The notes below the pieces were generated by a model. It was not told the DNA's origin. It did no database searches and saw nothing but the letters and a program-made list of their open reading frames with translations. The position numbers and the translations under genes were made by a program. Shown here in pieces: positions 24,692 through 39,087 of a stretch of DNA of 64,000 bases (position 1 is its first letter; every line of letters starts with the position of its first letter). The stretch covers positions 46,934,001 through 46,998,000 of the forward strand of contig NC_059431.1 of NCBI RefSeq assembly GCF_021028975.2, read 5' to 3'. This DNA comes from Sphaerodactylus townsendi. Lineage: Eukaryota.

Positions 24692-25944
24692 ATAGAGCTG
24701 CACATAGTTCTAGGATGGGTACCATCCATTACACTTGATCAGGCATGGTTATCCTTTATACTTTAATTTTTTTTAAGTTTATCAAATTTTCTCACCCTTG
24801 TATTCAAGGGATTACTGTGTTTCTTTAGGGAAATGATACCGTATGAATTCAGAATAGATGGACTTCATAAATCCTGAATGGTAATCATTTAGTAAATTCA
24901 GCAACTAAGATTACTGAACAAAACAAAGCATCTCCCCTTTTGCAAAGATGAATGTCTCTGTACTCTCTCAAAGGCAAATGTCTAAATGCTACCAAGGGGC
25001 ATATAATATTGTGGAGATTTATGATCATGGTCCATTAACTTCAGTTAGAGAGATCACAAAGGCTCATAAACATTGAGTCCTGATAAATGGTTAAGGCATA
25101 CTTGAGCCTGAATAACCTTAATTCCAACCACGCATGCAGTATCAGAATAGGTTCAGAACATGCTCTTCTCAGCTGCCTAGGGATTCTTACACTCTCTTCA
25201 CAGTCCTATGCAATAGAATCTTGTAATGGGGGTACGTTCAAGTACAAGACCCACTTTCAGCCAATAACTCTATGATTTTGGATTGCAGCTTCCCATTCCT
25301 CAGGGATTTGCAGCCTGGATAAACTTCCAAATCAAGCCAAAACCATATGGCAGCAATGGAGCCTAGTGGCACCATTCAGTACATTTCCAGTTAAGGAGTG
25401 ACTTGGACTCTGCTTTGATCCTATCACTCTTTACGGTACTCCCCAGACACATAAGGTTGAACTCTGCAAAATGTTCTGCTTGTGGAATAGGGCTTTCTCA
25501 CCTCATCTTTTTGACAGCAACACCTCTTAAACTGCTGTTGTGGATTGGAGGACACTCTGAAAGTCATGGGTTGTGATTCAGAGGGATTGTATGAGGGGCA
25601 ATCTGCAGTCTTCAGATACTCCCTCTCCCTTACATGACAGGAAATACAAGGGGCTTTCAGGACCCACTTATTGGACCTCCCTCTGTTAACACTGTGTCTA
25701 AAAGTCAGACATAGTCCACTGATTTGAGAGATAAGGTTGTAATACAGACTAATAAACTACTGGGCACAAATAATTATTTTTGCTGATGCCTTTATTATTC
25801 AGCAAAATTAATTACGAGAAAAGCTCTTTAGAATGGCTTGTCTGAAATGTTGGCTTTTCCCAGAGTTCCTGTCGTAATTATGTATATTTAATGGAAGTGC
25901 TGGAGTTCTGCCTCAAAGACTGTTCCCTGTTGAATTCTCATCAG

Positions 25945-26051
25945 GTAATGCAGCTATTAGGCAAGATAGAGACTTCAAACTCAGAGCAAAACTCAAATTT
26001 AAAGACAGTGCAGGGAGATCATCACCATGAATTGCAGCTCCTGGATCTCAA
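25945..26051 (+). CDS. FAM81B: FAM81B coding exon 5
   Basis: TCAG|GTA acceptor, AA|GTAGGT donor; VMQLLGKIETSNSEQNSNLKTVQGDHHHELQLLDLK; 107 nt. Confidence 0.93.
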
Positions 26052-29000
26052 GTAGGTGATGGAAGCTTTTTAATTATGCCTAGAATGTATGTATGCCTAG
26101 AATGTAAGTATGCCTAGAAAACTGGTGACAGATTTGGCTAGAGAAATCAAAACAGAACCATTTTCTTGGAATCCTGGCAGGCAAGAGAGGACAACAGTGG
26201 CAGAGATATTTTAAATAGGCCAGTATTGGTTGTAAAGCACATTGTCAGAGTGAAGAGACATAAACTGTTCCTGCCTTTTTCAGAAAGGAAATGGTGCTCT
26301 TCATATTGAAAGGCAAAAGAAGGATACCACTTTGACTTTCACCTTGAACTTTAATATTTAGTGCTGAACTATAATAAGGTGATCATGAATTCATAAGGAT
26401 ATTTACCCCTTTGTAAGTCTACAGGCTAGTTTGCCAAAAAGTGGCTTCAATATTCTATGGTTCTTAGTTGTATTAAAATATTTAGTTGTATTAAAATACT
26501 GCAGTGTTCCAGCTACAGTTAAAGCCCATCGTGAAATCCTTGGTATTTTTTAAACTACAGTAACTATAACTAACTCAATGCTAAGGTAAGCTGCTCTGAG
26601 GGCCAATGCAGGCCTGGCAAAGGTCATGGATCCCTTAAGTCCATGTGCACTCCAACTGCAACTTAACTGTTCTAGCTTAGGTCAGTTTTATTTATTTACA
26701 TTATTTATGGTCCACCTTTCTCACCAAGACTCAATGTGGATTAAACAGTGTAAGTCAGTAGAAGCAAACACAATGGGGCATCCAATAAATAATGCAATAG
26801 GATTTGGATTGCAGAAATCTGAAAATAAGCAGAAATCCAAAACCAGTAAACAAAGCATAATGATGTAAACATTAAATAGTAGGAGCATACTTACAGCAAC
26901 AGACAGTATGTACTATACACAGGATTATAGTTCACAGTCCAATAACTTGATTTAAACTGATAGGCAACCAATGGAGTGATTGCAAAATGGGGATAGTATA
27001 CATACTCTGTGAAGCTCCTGGTCAAAACTGAGCTGTGGTGTTCTTCACGGACTGGAGTCTGAATTTCTGTGAGGAGCCAAGGTAGTACTCTAGTTTTGAT
27101 GTTACCATGGCATGAATCTAGGTGGCCAGATCAGTCATATCAAGGCAACAGGCATCTTACTGGCTGGACTGAGTTGGAACAAAGCATTGTTTTTTTCCCC
27201 TTGAAAATTCAAATGATAATGAAGGAAGCCTGGATTTGATCAGGGAAATAAAGTAGGGATTGAAGAGTTAGATACCCTAGTCATTTCCTGGCAGCCACAA
27301 TCCAAACTGTAACGATGTGCATATGCAGTAGGTCTTCTACTGTCAGAGATCGATGGCCATAGCATCTATCATTAATCTACAATAAATAGGAAATAACAAA
27401 AATGGTGGAAACAGCCAAATGTCAAAAAGTAACAACAGAATGTTGAACAAAGAAGAACAGGATGTGGGTCAAAGAAGAACAGGAAAGATACACAGTATGG
27501 CAGTACAACTGAAGCCTATTTGAAAATGTAATCAGAAACACAAGATAGGTGCTATCACTGCCTCATAATTTAAAGCTAATAATTCATTTCACTTAGAAGC
27601 AGAACTGCTGAAAATTTGGTTCCACTTATCTTCAGAGTCAAAAGGAAATATTTGGATGCCGAGGTTTAATAATTCAGTTTGATTAAGCAAGCTTGGATGC
27701 TTGTCAGGTTAAACAGGAGTACATTTTGTTAGTCTTCAGAGGTGCTACTGAATGGGTGTTGAATTATGAGCAGAGTTCATGATGAGAACTAGCTAGAGAG
27801 TTGTTAGAGTCATATCCATTCTTTCCATTTCACAGGTGGGAAATTGACAATTTTGTAGTCTGCAGCTGGGTACAGTTTGTTGTGATGTCCAAAGTGGGGG
27901 GAAAAAAATAATGGTTCATTCGCTCACAAATAAGTTTGTCATTTAATCTGATCTAGACATCACAATAAACCTCAGCTAATTGTGACTCAGGAAGTCTTCT
28001 GTTGCATAAGGAGAGGAGGAAGGGAACATGCCAGAGTTTCCGAGGAGTAAAAAATAAAAAATTAACAATGTAGTGTCCAGGTGTCCAAAAGCAGTGAAGT
28101 GTCCAGTGTCAAAAAACAACCCGTCGACCCTCATATTCAGAATTGAGAGAAATGTAACTCTCAGTCACTGCTTCAATTTGCTCATGTTGTAAATGTATGT
28201 ATGCACCCACATTCAAATTGTTACAATGAACTAAGGTCTTTCTTCTTATCAAGTTGTCTGTCTTGTTTACTTAATATTCAATTATGGTTATTTCTGAGAA
28301 CCTAATTTCCTCCTCAAAAATTGTACTTTGAAGATCTTCTACTCCCCATTAGACTTGCAGTTTAATTCCCAAGCTATTCTCGACTAGCATCCTTCCTGCA
28401 TGAAATGGAAGTTCCTGCTCTCTTTCTTTGTATATTTACATTTCTGCATACTAATTTTGAGCTCAATTTTTTTATGCTGGTAGCCACTATTTTGAGCATA
28501 CAACAGACTATTTTATAATCTCAAACTGAGAACTTTAAATAGGAGAAATGGCAAAACTAGGACATATCTACTGTAAAATCTTAGGGATTATAGCAGGATT
28601 CTTTGGACTTGATCAACTGATGCTACCAAAAACAAATCTGAGGCCATTTGCATACTTGTGGTCTCCTTTCCATTGAGCTTATGTTCCCTTCAGGTTTGGT
28701 TCTTGATTGTGCACATTTCCCCCTCTTCAGCAGCCATTCCTGTGGTTTCCAAATGGTCTGAATGTGTGACTTTTCCTTTCCCTTCTCATGGAAAGCAAAG
28801 CAGATTAGCATGCATTTAGCTTTCTTCAGGTTTTCTTCCTTTGCTCACATCATAGCAGCTTCTCCCTCTCTTCATGCTACCATTTCAGAAGGATCAGAAG
28901 AGCTTTTCTTTTTTCATTTTCATGCTTAAGGTCTATCACTGGAGCCACAAACTCAGTGAAACTGAAAAGAAACTACATGGTCAAGCAAACTAACACTAGA

Positions 29001-29421
29001 CCAAAGATGGCAGTGGGGGGAAAAGGTAGTGGCAACCTTCCTAAATGGAGGCTGCATGGAAAATACAACGAAGTGGTGGGTTGGATGGGCAAAACGGCAG
29101 CTTGGCTTGACTAACAACACTAAGGACACATTTCAGAGGAAGAATTCCTGAGTAAACAAAAACCATCAGAAAAACCCACTGCAAAGCAAACAGCTGCAGA
29201 ATAAATAGTGCATGCATAAATGGCCTGTCTTGAGAAACATTGATACTGTACTGCCATTAGATAGACAATAGAAAGCCAGTGTGACATTCAGGGTACTATC
29301 TCAGACACACTGAGTTGTGCTGTAGTTGCAGAAATCCAGAGAAATCATTCTAATTGGCACAGATTTTGTGCTATGTTTATATTCACTAGGAGTTTATAAA
29401 GCAATTCTTCTTAAACATTAG

Positions 29422-29557
29422 GATAAATGGTCTTTTAAATGACCTTAAGGATCAAATTCAAAGCCAACGAAAATGGACAGAAAATGAAGTAAGAAGATTT
29501 GAACAAGACCAAACCTATCTCACAAATCAGCTTCTTGGCACAATGAAAGACAAACTG
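29422..29557 (+). CDS. FAM81B: FAM81B coding exon 6
   Basis: TTAG|G acceptor, CTG|GTAAGA donor; INGLLNDLKDQIQSQRKWTENEVRRFEQDQTYLTNQLLGTMKDKL (KWTEN conserved); 136 nt. Confidence 0.92.
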
Positions 29558-29686
29558 GTAAGAATATTTCTGCCTACTAGATCCACTGCAAAGAACTATG
29601 GAGTTGCCATTTCTTGATAAAATTCAGCCCATCTGAAAATATACTAATGAATACAAATTTGTAACAATGCTCTTGTGAACAACAGG

Positions 29687-29730
29687 GAGTGAGTGAGTGA
29701 GTGAGTGAGTGTGTGTGTGTGTGTGTGTGT
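29687..29730. repeat. (GAGT)n(GT)n compound microsatellite
   Basis: Directly visible. Confidence 0.95.
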
Positions 29731-32700
29731 TGGGGAGAGAATTCAGGGAAATAAAAAAAGTTGGAAACATTGAGGAAGAGGAGCACAAGGGCAATTTTCC
29801 TATTTCTAATTGGAAATTAGAGTGTTGTGTGTTTTTGGAGATTGATATTCTATCATTCTCATATGTTGTGCCTTATATTTAAGCATAATGCTATCAAGAA
29901 AATATATATGTGAAGCTTGTATGAAAGGAGATGTTCATATTCTTTAAAAAATATTTATGCTTTTTGCTTTGGGTGTTGTTTATTCCTGTCACAGGCCAAA
30001 GTATAATACACAGGGTTTAATAAGTTTCCCACTGATGGCAGGGTGCCTATTTTTCAAGGAATGACATTCTACATTTCAATTTTGGTTCTTGGCCCAGAGA
30101 GGCACTTAAATAGAGTGTTTAGTTTCAGGAAATCCTTGTTCCAGGATCAGAGCTTAATGTTTATCTGATTAAAGTTCTTGCACATTATTCTTGAGGCAGT
30201 GGGAAAGGGTGATTCTGCAACAAAAGTCACAAAATGAGGGAATGTTGTATATTTTGTTGTATATTTTTTGCACATCCCATAGTTTTACAAGAGTTTAGAA
30301 GCAAATTTTCTAGGACAGATTAAACCAGCAAATGTTGATGTCATATTTTGTATATTAGAATTAAAAATCCATCCATTCCCAATAATGCAAAAGCGGCATC
30401 TGGAGTCATCACTCTTCTAATATACTTAAAATATTTGTAGTGGAAAGAATCCACTGAGGCAATCAGATAAAATATGGAGTCGGCAGGAAGAGGAAGTAAA
30501 ATGCCGGATGACATGGCTTTGCCCCATTGGGTTGTGGGTTTTGTTTTTTTTAACTTTCCTATCTAGGTCATTTCTGCACGGTCCAAATATCCCAGGTTGA
30601 ACACGGAAAATATCCTGGTTTGGCCAAGAAGTTTGCATGGTTCCCAGTCCTAAAGTGGGTTTGTCCCATGATATTTCCCTCATCCCGCTACCATGTAAAC
30701 ACCATGGGAACAGAACCAGTTTATTTTTCCTGCCCAGCTGCTCACCCCCCGATCTTCCCACCTGACATACTGAGCCACCGACTATTGCAGCCTTCCCTTC
30801 CCAAAACATTTCCCCAAGCCCTTTTTCTGCTCATGGTATCGGCCAGGTGCCATTTTGCCAGGATTAATCAGGAGTGGAGTCCCAAAATGTTCCCATTTTC
30901 TTTTCTGTACATGTACTAGTTGCTTGGAGCGCATAGTTAGAGAGATGTACACTTTGGGCTGAATGTTAGTGGGCATATCACGAGGGGGGGGGATCTTTCG
31001 TTTTCCACAATAATTAGAAAGTGAGTGGGAATGTGATGTGATGCTGTGCCCCATTGTTTTTTTGCTGCTGCTTGCCATGCTGAGGCCTGCACCAGGGCCT
31101 ATCCAGAACTTGAAGAAGGGGGGCTGCGTTTTTCCTCACTGTTGCCCCAAAACAACAGCCAATCAGAACGTGGGACACCAGGGATGCAGATATGCTTGCG
31201 GTGTAAATACAAAGGACCTGGGCCTGTTCAAAACAAACTGGAGTATGTCCTCTCAGTCTTCACTTTATTCCTTCACAGAAATGGGCAGTTATGTGAAGGG
31301 AGAAACCGTGATAAAATATACCTGGATTGTAAGATACTGATTGTAACCCATGTATGAGCCTGTGCCCTCGTTCTGGCCTTTCTGTAGCTTTGTAGACCAG
31401 ATAACAAGCAGACTGCAGACTGCTTGTTTAAAATTCAGGAACAGGAGAAAGTCCTCTTAGATAAACAGGAGAGACTGAATAATATTCATAACAAACCAAG
31501 CCTCTCAGTATACTGAGAAAAAGAACCAGGACCTCTTTCCTCTTTCCCTCCCCCTGCCTTATCTGACTTTCCACATTAACCTGCAGGTGACTCCTGTCAT
31601 ACCAGTTATTGCCATTAATCAAGCCTCAGGTGTTTTCATTCTGAGAAAGTAATCTTTGTTTCTTACAGGCTGGTAGTGTTGTTTAAGACCATAATTCAAC
31701 TCTTGCATGCACCTAGTATAATTGTGCTGTGTAGAAACAGCCCTAGTTAGCAAGAGTGGGGGAAAGATGCTTTCAAGCTGTCTTCTGGGCTTTGAAGGAA
31801 CAGAGCTATACTGATGAAGGGTAAAGGTTTTATTGCACTATTTCTCAGAGCAAATGGGCGGAGAAACCCACTCTAGGTTTCCACTGAGAAAGTATACAGT
31901 TTCCCATAATCTAAAAGGAGAAAGCATATCTGATCTTTAACTGAAATAAATGTATGGAACAAAGGAACTTTGTTAACATTCAAATCTGATAGTCTTCAGC
32001 TCCTCTACTGCTTAAATTCATCGAGAAGTAAAGTGAACAGTGTGAATGTATCTGACAAAGAAATGCTACTGCTCCGTTTTCATGAATGTAGACAGGAGTG
32101 GAACCCATCTTCCCAGGATGCTTCTGTCCAAAGAACATAGTTATTGACATGCAAATAAATTTACAAACTGGTTAAGTTAGCAGCATTTAGAAATGGGAGG
32201 GATGTTCAGCAGATTGTGACAATATGGCATTTAACCATGCAAAAGCTGCATGAATTTGCTAATGAATTTTTCGAGTTAGGGCACGGGTGTGTGTGTACTA
32301 ACATAATGTAAAATGTATTTATGTTATAAATCAATAAAAAGAACATGTTTACTGACATTAATTCAAATGCAAGAAAAAGTATACCCCCCTCCCCCAATCC
32401 CATCTTTTTGGTAAGTACTTAAATTTTGGTGCCTCTCTGTCGATTTAGTAAAATTCCTTAATAGTACCAGAACAGTGGTATTGTGTGCAAGGCAGTTATT
32501 AGAAATACTTAATCACAAGGAAGGTGCTGTTCCCCTGCTTCTAACTCGAATTGGGGGTTATTTCACCAAGATTAAATTGTTCACATACTTTCCACACAAC
32601 TTCAGTGACTGGTTTATGTATTTTGCAACACTCTTCCGTCACTACAAATCCAATGGCTCTACAGCTTTTATTCATCTATTATTATTAACAAGGCTTGGAA

Positions 32701-33209
32701 CTCACCATTTCTTTGTGATGCAAGACAAGTAGCAGGTTTTAAGAAAGCAAGGGCTGTAAAAGGGAAATACAGGAGGCAGGGCATGGTGCATCTTTTCTGC
32801 AGGTCCCATGACTTGTGAGCTACTTCCATACCAGCTTTATTGGCTTCTGCTGATTATTTTTCTGTTCTGACTCCATATCCTGGAGCTTTACAGTACAACC
32901 GGTGACCTCTCTAACTCAATATTCCTTTGACCTTTGCTTTGTTCACATCCCTACTTCATCTCTGCTTTCCTCCACATTACTGCTGCTGGATGGGTATTAA
33001 GGGCTAAATCACATGACACATTGAGAATCCACAGCTGGATCTACCAATATGTAGTTTAACACCAAAAACCAATGTCAGGGATCTAACACAAAATAGGGGC
33101 TTCAATAATGCATAGAATGAACATTTAAAGGGCCAGGTTGTGGGAGACAATATAATAAGATTCCTATTATTGTAAGTCTATTGATGTCTCATAATGCATC
33201 TTTTCAAAG

Positions 33210-33405
33210 GAAGCAGTGGAAAAGAAAACGGAAGATGGTTTTCATTACTTATCCAAAAGGATAGAAAACTCTGATAAAACAGTGCGATTCGAAACAGACC
33301 TGAGTCACGTGAAAAATGATCAAAGTAAACTCCATGCAAGAATTATTAGATTTGAAAAAACAATGTGGAACGAACTTGAGGAAATCCAAAGTGAATATAG
33401 AGCAG
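33210..33405 (+). CDS. FAM81B: FAM81B coding exon 7
   Basis: AAAG|GAA acceptor, G|GTGAGG donor; EAVEKKTEDGFHYLSKRIEN...FEKTMWNELEEIQSEYRA; 196 nt. Confidence 0.9.
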
Positions 33406-33994
33406 GTGAGGGTAATTTTTGTGACCCAGTCACTTCTAAGTGTGATCTGATTCCTTTGTATTCTACCCTCTTCTTCCAAATGTGATTTCACAATCAGAAT
33501 ATATCCCAATAACTAACAGATTAAGAAAAGAGAAGTTCAAATTGTTGTATACAGTCTTTAAGCTTCTAACTTTGTATAAGATGCTTTGCTGCTAATTTCA
33601 ATATTGTATTTCAAGAAAGGAAGTCTGCCAAGCATGTGAAGATTATTCCACCTCTTAATAAAAAAAGCTATAGATTTAAACCAATAATTTCTGATAGCCT
33701 CTTTCTAATTTCTATTTGTCAGAAAGAACTTGCCTATCACGTTACATTTACCATGAGACAAAGATGTATGACCAATCTGTCATAATTGTTCACACATTGT
33801 ATTCATTCATACAGAGATACAATGGTAACGTTTCATACAGAAAGCATGGTCAAAACTTGTGCGTTGTAAAACTTGTATACATTTCTGACTGTCCCTTAGG
33901 ATACATTTGCATAGAAAACTGCAGCAAGAATATCCCCACTATGGCTGCAATTGAAATATTTCCGATCATGAATTTGCAGAAGACTTGAGCCCTG

Positions 33995-34166
33995 GCCAAG
34001 CCCAATCTCACAGATCCCAGAGGTTAAGCAGGGCAAGTATTTGGATGGGAGACCTCCAAGGAATATCAGTCATGACACAGAGATAGCCAATGGCAAATCA
34101 TCTCTGAACATCTGTTGCCTCACCAGCAATTGTCGTAAGTCGGCTGTGACTCAACAGAAAAAAAAA
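33995..34166 (+). mobile_element. 5S rRNA-derived SINE
   Basis: GCCCAATCTCACAGATCCCAGAGGTTAAGCAGGG...AGTATTTGGATGGGAGACC resembles the 5S internal promoter (A and C boxes); non-5S body and A-rich tail; homologous to 61245..61540. Confidence 0.7.
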
Positions 34167-35032
34167 CGAAAGGACTGAGTGGTTTCACCAAGGAAATGGG
34201 AAGAGTCAGGAAGGAGTTAGATCTTTTGGAGGGCATGGCTTGGCAAGATAATTCACACTGCTACAGCGTTTTCAAGAAAAACAGCCTTTCCAAGTGTTTA
34301 ACCTTCCCAGAGAGTAATCAAATGTAAAACAATAAAATCAGAGCTAATTTCCTTCACACAATCCAAACAAAGATGCCTTTCTTCCTTCACTAAGGCAGAC
34401 AACCAAAAGAGACATTTGATAGGATCAAATGCTAATGCCCTGAAAGTATCTATATTTAGGTATCAAATTTAATGCTTCTCAAATACATTAAAATATTTCC
34501 ATGGGAACAGCAAAATAGGAAAGATTATTACAGTTATAATGGATTATTAATCTTTTCCATTTGTCGGGTTATACAGAAATATTAATATATTTTCACGAAG
34601 GTATGCAATTGAATTCTAACATCCCAAAAAATCACAGCAGTAAAGTTAAAATTGGTGATTTGCAGCATTTCCTGATATTATGGAAAAAATTGGGTAGCCA
34701 ATGTGCCTTCATGGCCTGAGAGCTCCTCATATTCTTTTCTTCCCCTCTTTCCAAGTAGCTGGAAATGACATATTTTCTACCATAGCCTAACAACCCATGA
34801 GCTAGGTTAAATGGCGGATATGTGACTGGCAAAGTTTATCCAGTGAATTCTTGGCAGACAGGGATTCGAACTCTGGTCTCCCCAGTTTTAGTATGTATTC
34901 TAACAATGACCACTATTAATAAATTCAGTCGGCATCAGAGAAAGTGCTCTATCTAAAGGATATACGAAGAAATATATATATAGTTGACTTATGGTACTCA
35001 TCCTAATTTAAAGCATGCCTGTTATTTACCAG

Positions 35033-35166
35033 GATTTCAATCCATTCGTGATTCTTTTGATGCATTGAAACAAATACAGACAACGAAGCTAAAGTTAGAA
35101 AAGGAGAAGTTCAAACAAGACATGAAGAAGATAAGACGAAAAATAACTGCACTCCAAGAAGACTGA
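35033..35166 (+). CDS. FAM81B: FAM81B last coding exon
   Basis: CCAG|GA acceptor; GFQSIRDSFDALKQIQTTKLKLEKEKFKQDMKKIRRKITALQED-TGA. The 8 exons total 1125 nt with an open frame. Confidence 0.93.
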
Positions 35167-35374
35167 CACCTTTAGCATCTACAGTTATTCCAGACTGAAA
35201 AATTACTATGAAGATTGATGCAAACAAAAACGTTCAATTCTCGAACATCAAGCTTGTTTGATTTGTATCCACAAGACATTGGTAAACATAACAGTGTTAC
35301 AATAGGCCCCAAAAGATCCAAATGAAAAATCTCCCTGAACAATACTTACACATTACAGTTTATATTTTACACAA

Positions 35375-35380
35375 AATAAA
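35375..35380 (+). promoter_or_regulatory. Candidate FAM81B polyadenylation signal AATAAA
   Basis: First AATAAA ~210 nt after the stop, followed by U/GU-rich sequence. Confidence 0.55.
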
Positions 35381-35612
35381 ATTAATCCACTAATGATTTA
35401 CAGTTGTGTAAGTAAATTATTGTATTTTGGAAATTCGTTATTAAGTATCTAGTGTTACAGCTGTCAATTCTCAGCCTATAAGCCTGCTTACTGTCTACCT
35501 GTAAACTGGAGAACAGGCTAAGTGAAGGTGGGTCTGGCTGACTAAATAGCAGGAGGGGGAAGGGCCTGGGTGGAGCTGCCACCTGGCCTCTTCTGCCTGG
35601 CTCCCCTCTGAT

Positions 35613-35900
35613 GCAGCCAGCATGGTGCAGTGGTTAAGAGTGATGGACTCTAATCTGGAGAACAACGTTTGATTCTCCACTCCTCCTCATAGATGGCAGA
35701 CTTCAATATGTTGTACTGGATTGATTTCCCTTTTCCTACACATAAAGCCTGCTGGGTGACCTTGTGCAAGTCACAGTTCACTCAGAACTCTCTCAGCTTC
35801 ACCTATCTCACAAGGTGTCTGTTATGGGGAAAGGAAGGAGTTAGCCACTTTGAGACTCCTTGTGGCAGAGCAAAGTGGGGGCATAAATCCAACTCTTCTA
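35613..35900 (+). mobile_element. tRNA-derived SINE (Squam3/Ther1-like)
   Basis: GCATGGTGCAGTGGTTAAGAG...CTCTAATCTGGAGAAC...TTTGATTCTCC...GGGTGACCTTG...ATAAATCCAACTCTTCT. Confidence 0.75.
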
Positions 35901-37615
35901 CATCAAGCAGGCCCCAGCTGTGGACCATTGTGGCTCCGCCCTCTGCACTACCCAACCCCAGCACTGTCCCGCCTTTTCTAGAAAACTCCCCTCTGCTTGC
36001 TCCTGAATCCCACATTGCAAACACAGTCCCAAATGAGCCTGAGGGTGCAGGGCTTCTTGCAATGCAATGTCATAACCATGTGCCTAAACCACTTCTAAGA
36101 AAAAGCTATTTCCTAATTATCTGGACAAGGAAAAGACAAATAATCAATAGTGTATCAAAATGCTTGGAAATAAGGTGGGGTGATTACAGAACTGTAGGAA
36201 AGGAAAGGACATATTCCTCAAAGCCAGTTCTCTCTGCATTCACTCATATTAAGAAATGCATACATTATCATTTTTCTTTATGATATAACAAAAATCTGAA
36301 CTACTATTTGTCTTGAGACAGACTCCACATTAAGTTAGATTGGTATACTATTAAAGAATAGACTCTAGGGGACAAACAACTCTAACAGAAGCAAATGGAA
36401 ATAACTTCTGGGCCTTCACTTAGCTTTCAGAAACGGATACAAATATTCTTCAAGTTAATAGAGACTGCAATGGTAATTTGTAGAATTTTTCCTTTCCTAA
36501 AGAAGTAAGAGGCCTTATTTTGCAAGCGTATTACAGACTGAGGCATTTTTAAATTTCAGCTCCATGCAATCTCTTTAAGATGGAGTTGTTACGAGTGTGC
36601 AAGAGAGCTATAACTCTGTGTCAAAGATAATAGTGTAAAGCTGCAGATACAAAAGTTGACTACATTCCAGAAAGTCCTTTAATGTTTCTCTATTAGTCAA
36701 TGTCATAATTGAAAGCCCTGAGAATATTACACACATTCCTCACAATGCAATCCTGGTGGGGGGCAGAAACAATATAGGAGGCAGCATGACCCTAGCACCA
36801 GAATAAATGTTCCTTATGTTGGCACAGTGGCACTTATGTCGGGGAACTGCATAGGAGGTGGCATAATGCTAGGTCCGGTGTAAATGCCACTTACTCCAAC
36901 AAAATCAGTGGTGCAGTCCATTGTGCTACATAGGCACAGCAAGCCTCTTAGGACGCTGTGCCATCCATGGTACCATTCCCCGTCCTCCAGGATTACACTG
37001 TAACACTCAGAAATCTGTAATTTGGGGATTAAATTTACTTCTATTGAAACATTCAGCAAGGAAAAGTGCCACAGATGACAAATTCTTACTAACTCTCCAC
37101 AACGTTCAAATCAGCAGAAAGTAGTCAGTATTACATTTTATATCTGTCCTTCTAGGAGTGACAAAATTGGGAAACAAGGGAGAGGAAGTTTAGTTCAGAA
37201 TTATGAGGAAGCACAAGAACAGGGGCAACAGTTTGTATTTTTAGGCTATAAAATATATTTTTCTAAAATTGTATCTCAAATTTCACCCGAGTCATGCAAC
37301 ATCAATGGCTTTTAGTTCATTTTTCCAGGATGCAGGATTGCCAAGATGCCAGCACAACACACAATGCACCATTTTAATACATCAAGGATTTACATTGACA
37401 TTAAAAAATCTTGTAGATAATTTCTGAAGTCAAGTTCAGTTTCTCCTAAGGTACTGATCACTTTTCAGTTTATGCCATCTAATTCAGCAAATATGTTCAC
37501 AGGTATAGTTACCAAATGGTGCCCAGGGCAAACACTGAAACTGCATCCCCCCCACCCACCCCCCGTGGCTGGACTCCACTGCCCCAGCAAAGTCTTCACT
37601 CTTGTGTTAATTAGA

Positions 37616-37695
37616 AGGAAAGGAAGAAGGCGGAAAAGGAAGGAAGGAAGGAAGGAAGGAAGGAAGGAAGGAAGGAAGGAAGGAAGGAAGGAAGG
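37616..37695. repeat. (GAAG)n microsatellite
   Basis: Directly visible; source of the RKEG/PSFL pseudo-ORFs. Confidence 0.95.
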
Positions 37696-39087
37696 GACAG
37701 AAAAGATGTCAGGCAGACAAACAGAGTTTGGCAGGTTCTCTGAGCTGAGGAAACCTCCCCGTCCAGATTCTGCCACCCCAGTGAGGCCTCCTCATCCTTC
37801 CTCACTGAGGGGGGAACAAACATGCTGGATACCATGTGCGGGAACCCTCACCCTCATGATTTCCCCATCCAAACTTTGCCATCCCAGCACAGCCTCTGCA
37901 GCCCTTCCTCAGTGAGGGTTGCTAAGCTTGGCCCCCACCCCTGGAATCCCTGAGGATTCCCCTGCCCAGGATCTGGTACCCCTACCCTGATTGTATATAG
38001 GTACCCCAGCATGGCCTCAGTAGCCCTTCCTCAGTGAGAAATTCAAGGTAGGGGGCTCTGCCATCACCCTCGCCCAATGAGTGTCCAGGGCTCAAGCCCC
38101 TTCCCGCCCCCTTGCTACATTCCTGAATATGATATCAATAAAATAAGGTATCAGTAAAATGACAAGCAAAAATGCTGATGTTAATCATAAAACCTTACGT
38201 TCGTTAAAGACTCAGAACAATTAGATTCTGCTGCCTTGGAGTTTAAATGATTAAATTCTCCAGAAGACCAATGGGGGAAAGCCATTGAAAAAGACTTCCT
38301 GAGAAAACCACATTTACTTTACACCAGTAATTACTGCTAAAGAAACAATGCATTATGCATATTAAGGATGCAAGAACAAACTGAAACTTGATGTTTGGCA
38401 ATTAGAGCAGCATTTGAGCACCAGAAATCCAAACCAACCAGCGCTTGTTTTAATGTGAGCACTCACATCACTTTCCAGTAATTGATAATTTTGAGAGATA
38501 TTCATGGAACAAGATCAAAGGAGACAAAGAAAAGTCATTATTTTTAATTTCCTGTGAATATGGAGATCAAGGAATTTGAAATATTATTGCAATCTTGCAA
38601 TAATAATTGCAGAAGCGGGAGAAGAATAAAAAATGATTACTACGGCACATTTACATTACCAGAGGGAGGCCAGTATACCTCCATTTCCAACAGCTCAAAA
38701 TTGTAATACAACTTTGTTTGTATGGGAAGCTGCTGAAGGATTAGCCTAGCAAGAAAATGTACACATGTCAAAAGCTTCCACTGCTTTAGGCACTGGATGT
38801 TTGAATGATTTTGCTTAATGCACAGAGCACCAAGGCCATGTTTCAAAGACAGAAATGTACCCTACTTTGTACTGTAGCTGATGCCGAGCAAGCATACTCC
38901 TGTAAAAATCTACAAATTTCCTTAACATTAAAAAGAAAATCAACTTAATTACTTCTGGGCAGTTTATCAGCAGCTTCCTTTTAAAATATGTCAGAAAGTC
39001 CAGGAAAAACTTTGATTTTATACAGGCTACTTTGATGGGGGGTTGTCATGAATATCTTGTCTGTTCGTGTTCTCAATTCAGTTCATA

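Noticed and set aside
26075-26119. Short tandem duplications (17-bp unit here; similar ones near 23083, 26463, 40708 and 63800)
   Set aside because: Ordinary slippage or repair duplications with no further structure.
33995-34060. 5S rRNA gene
   Set aside because: Only a decayed internal promoter fragment fused to a SINE body.
35693-36283. 196-aa ORF between the two genes
   Set aside because: Begins inside a SINE, has no recognisable domain and no splice support.
37465-37915. ORFs with RKEG/PSFL repeats
   Set aside because: Translations of the (GAAG)n microsatellite.
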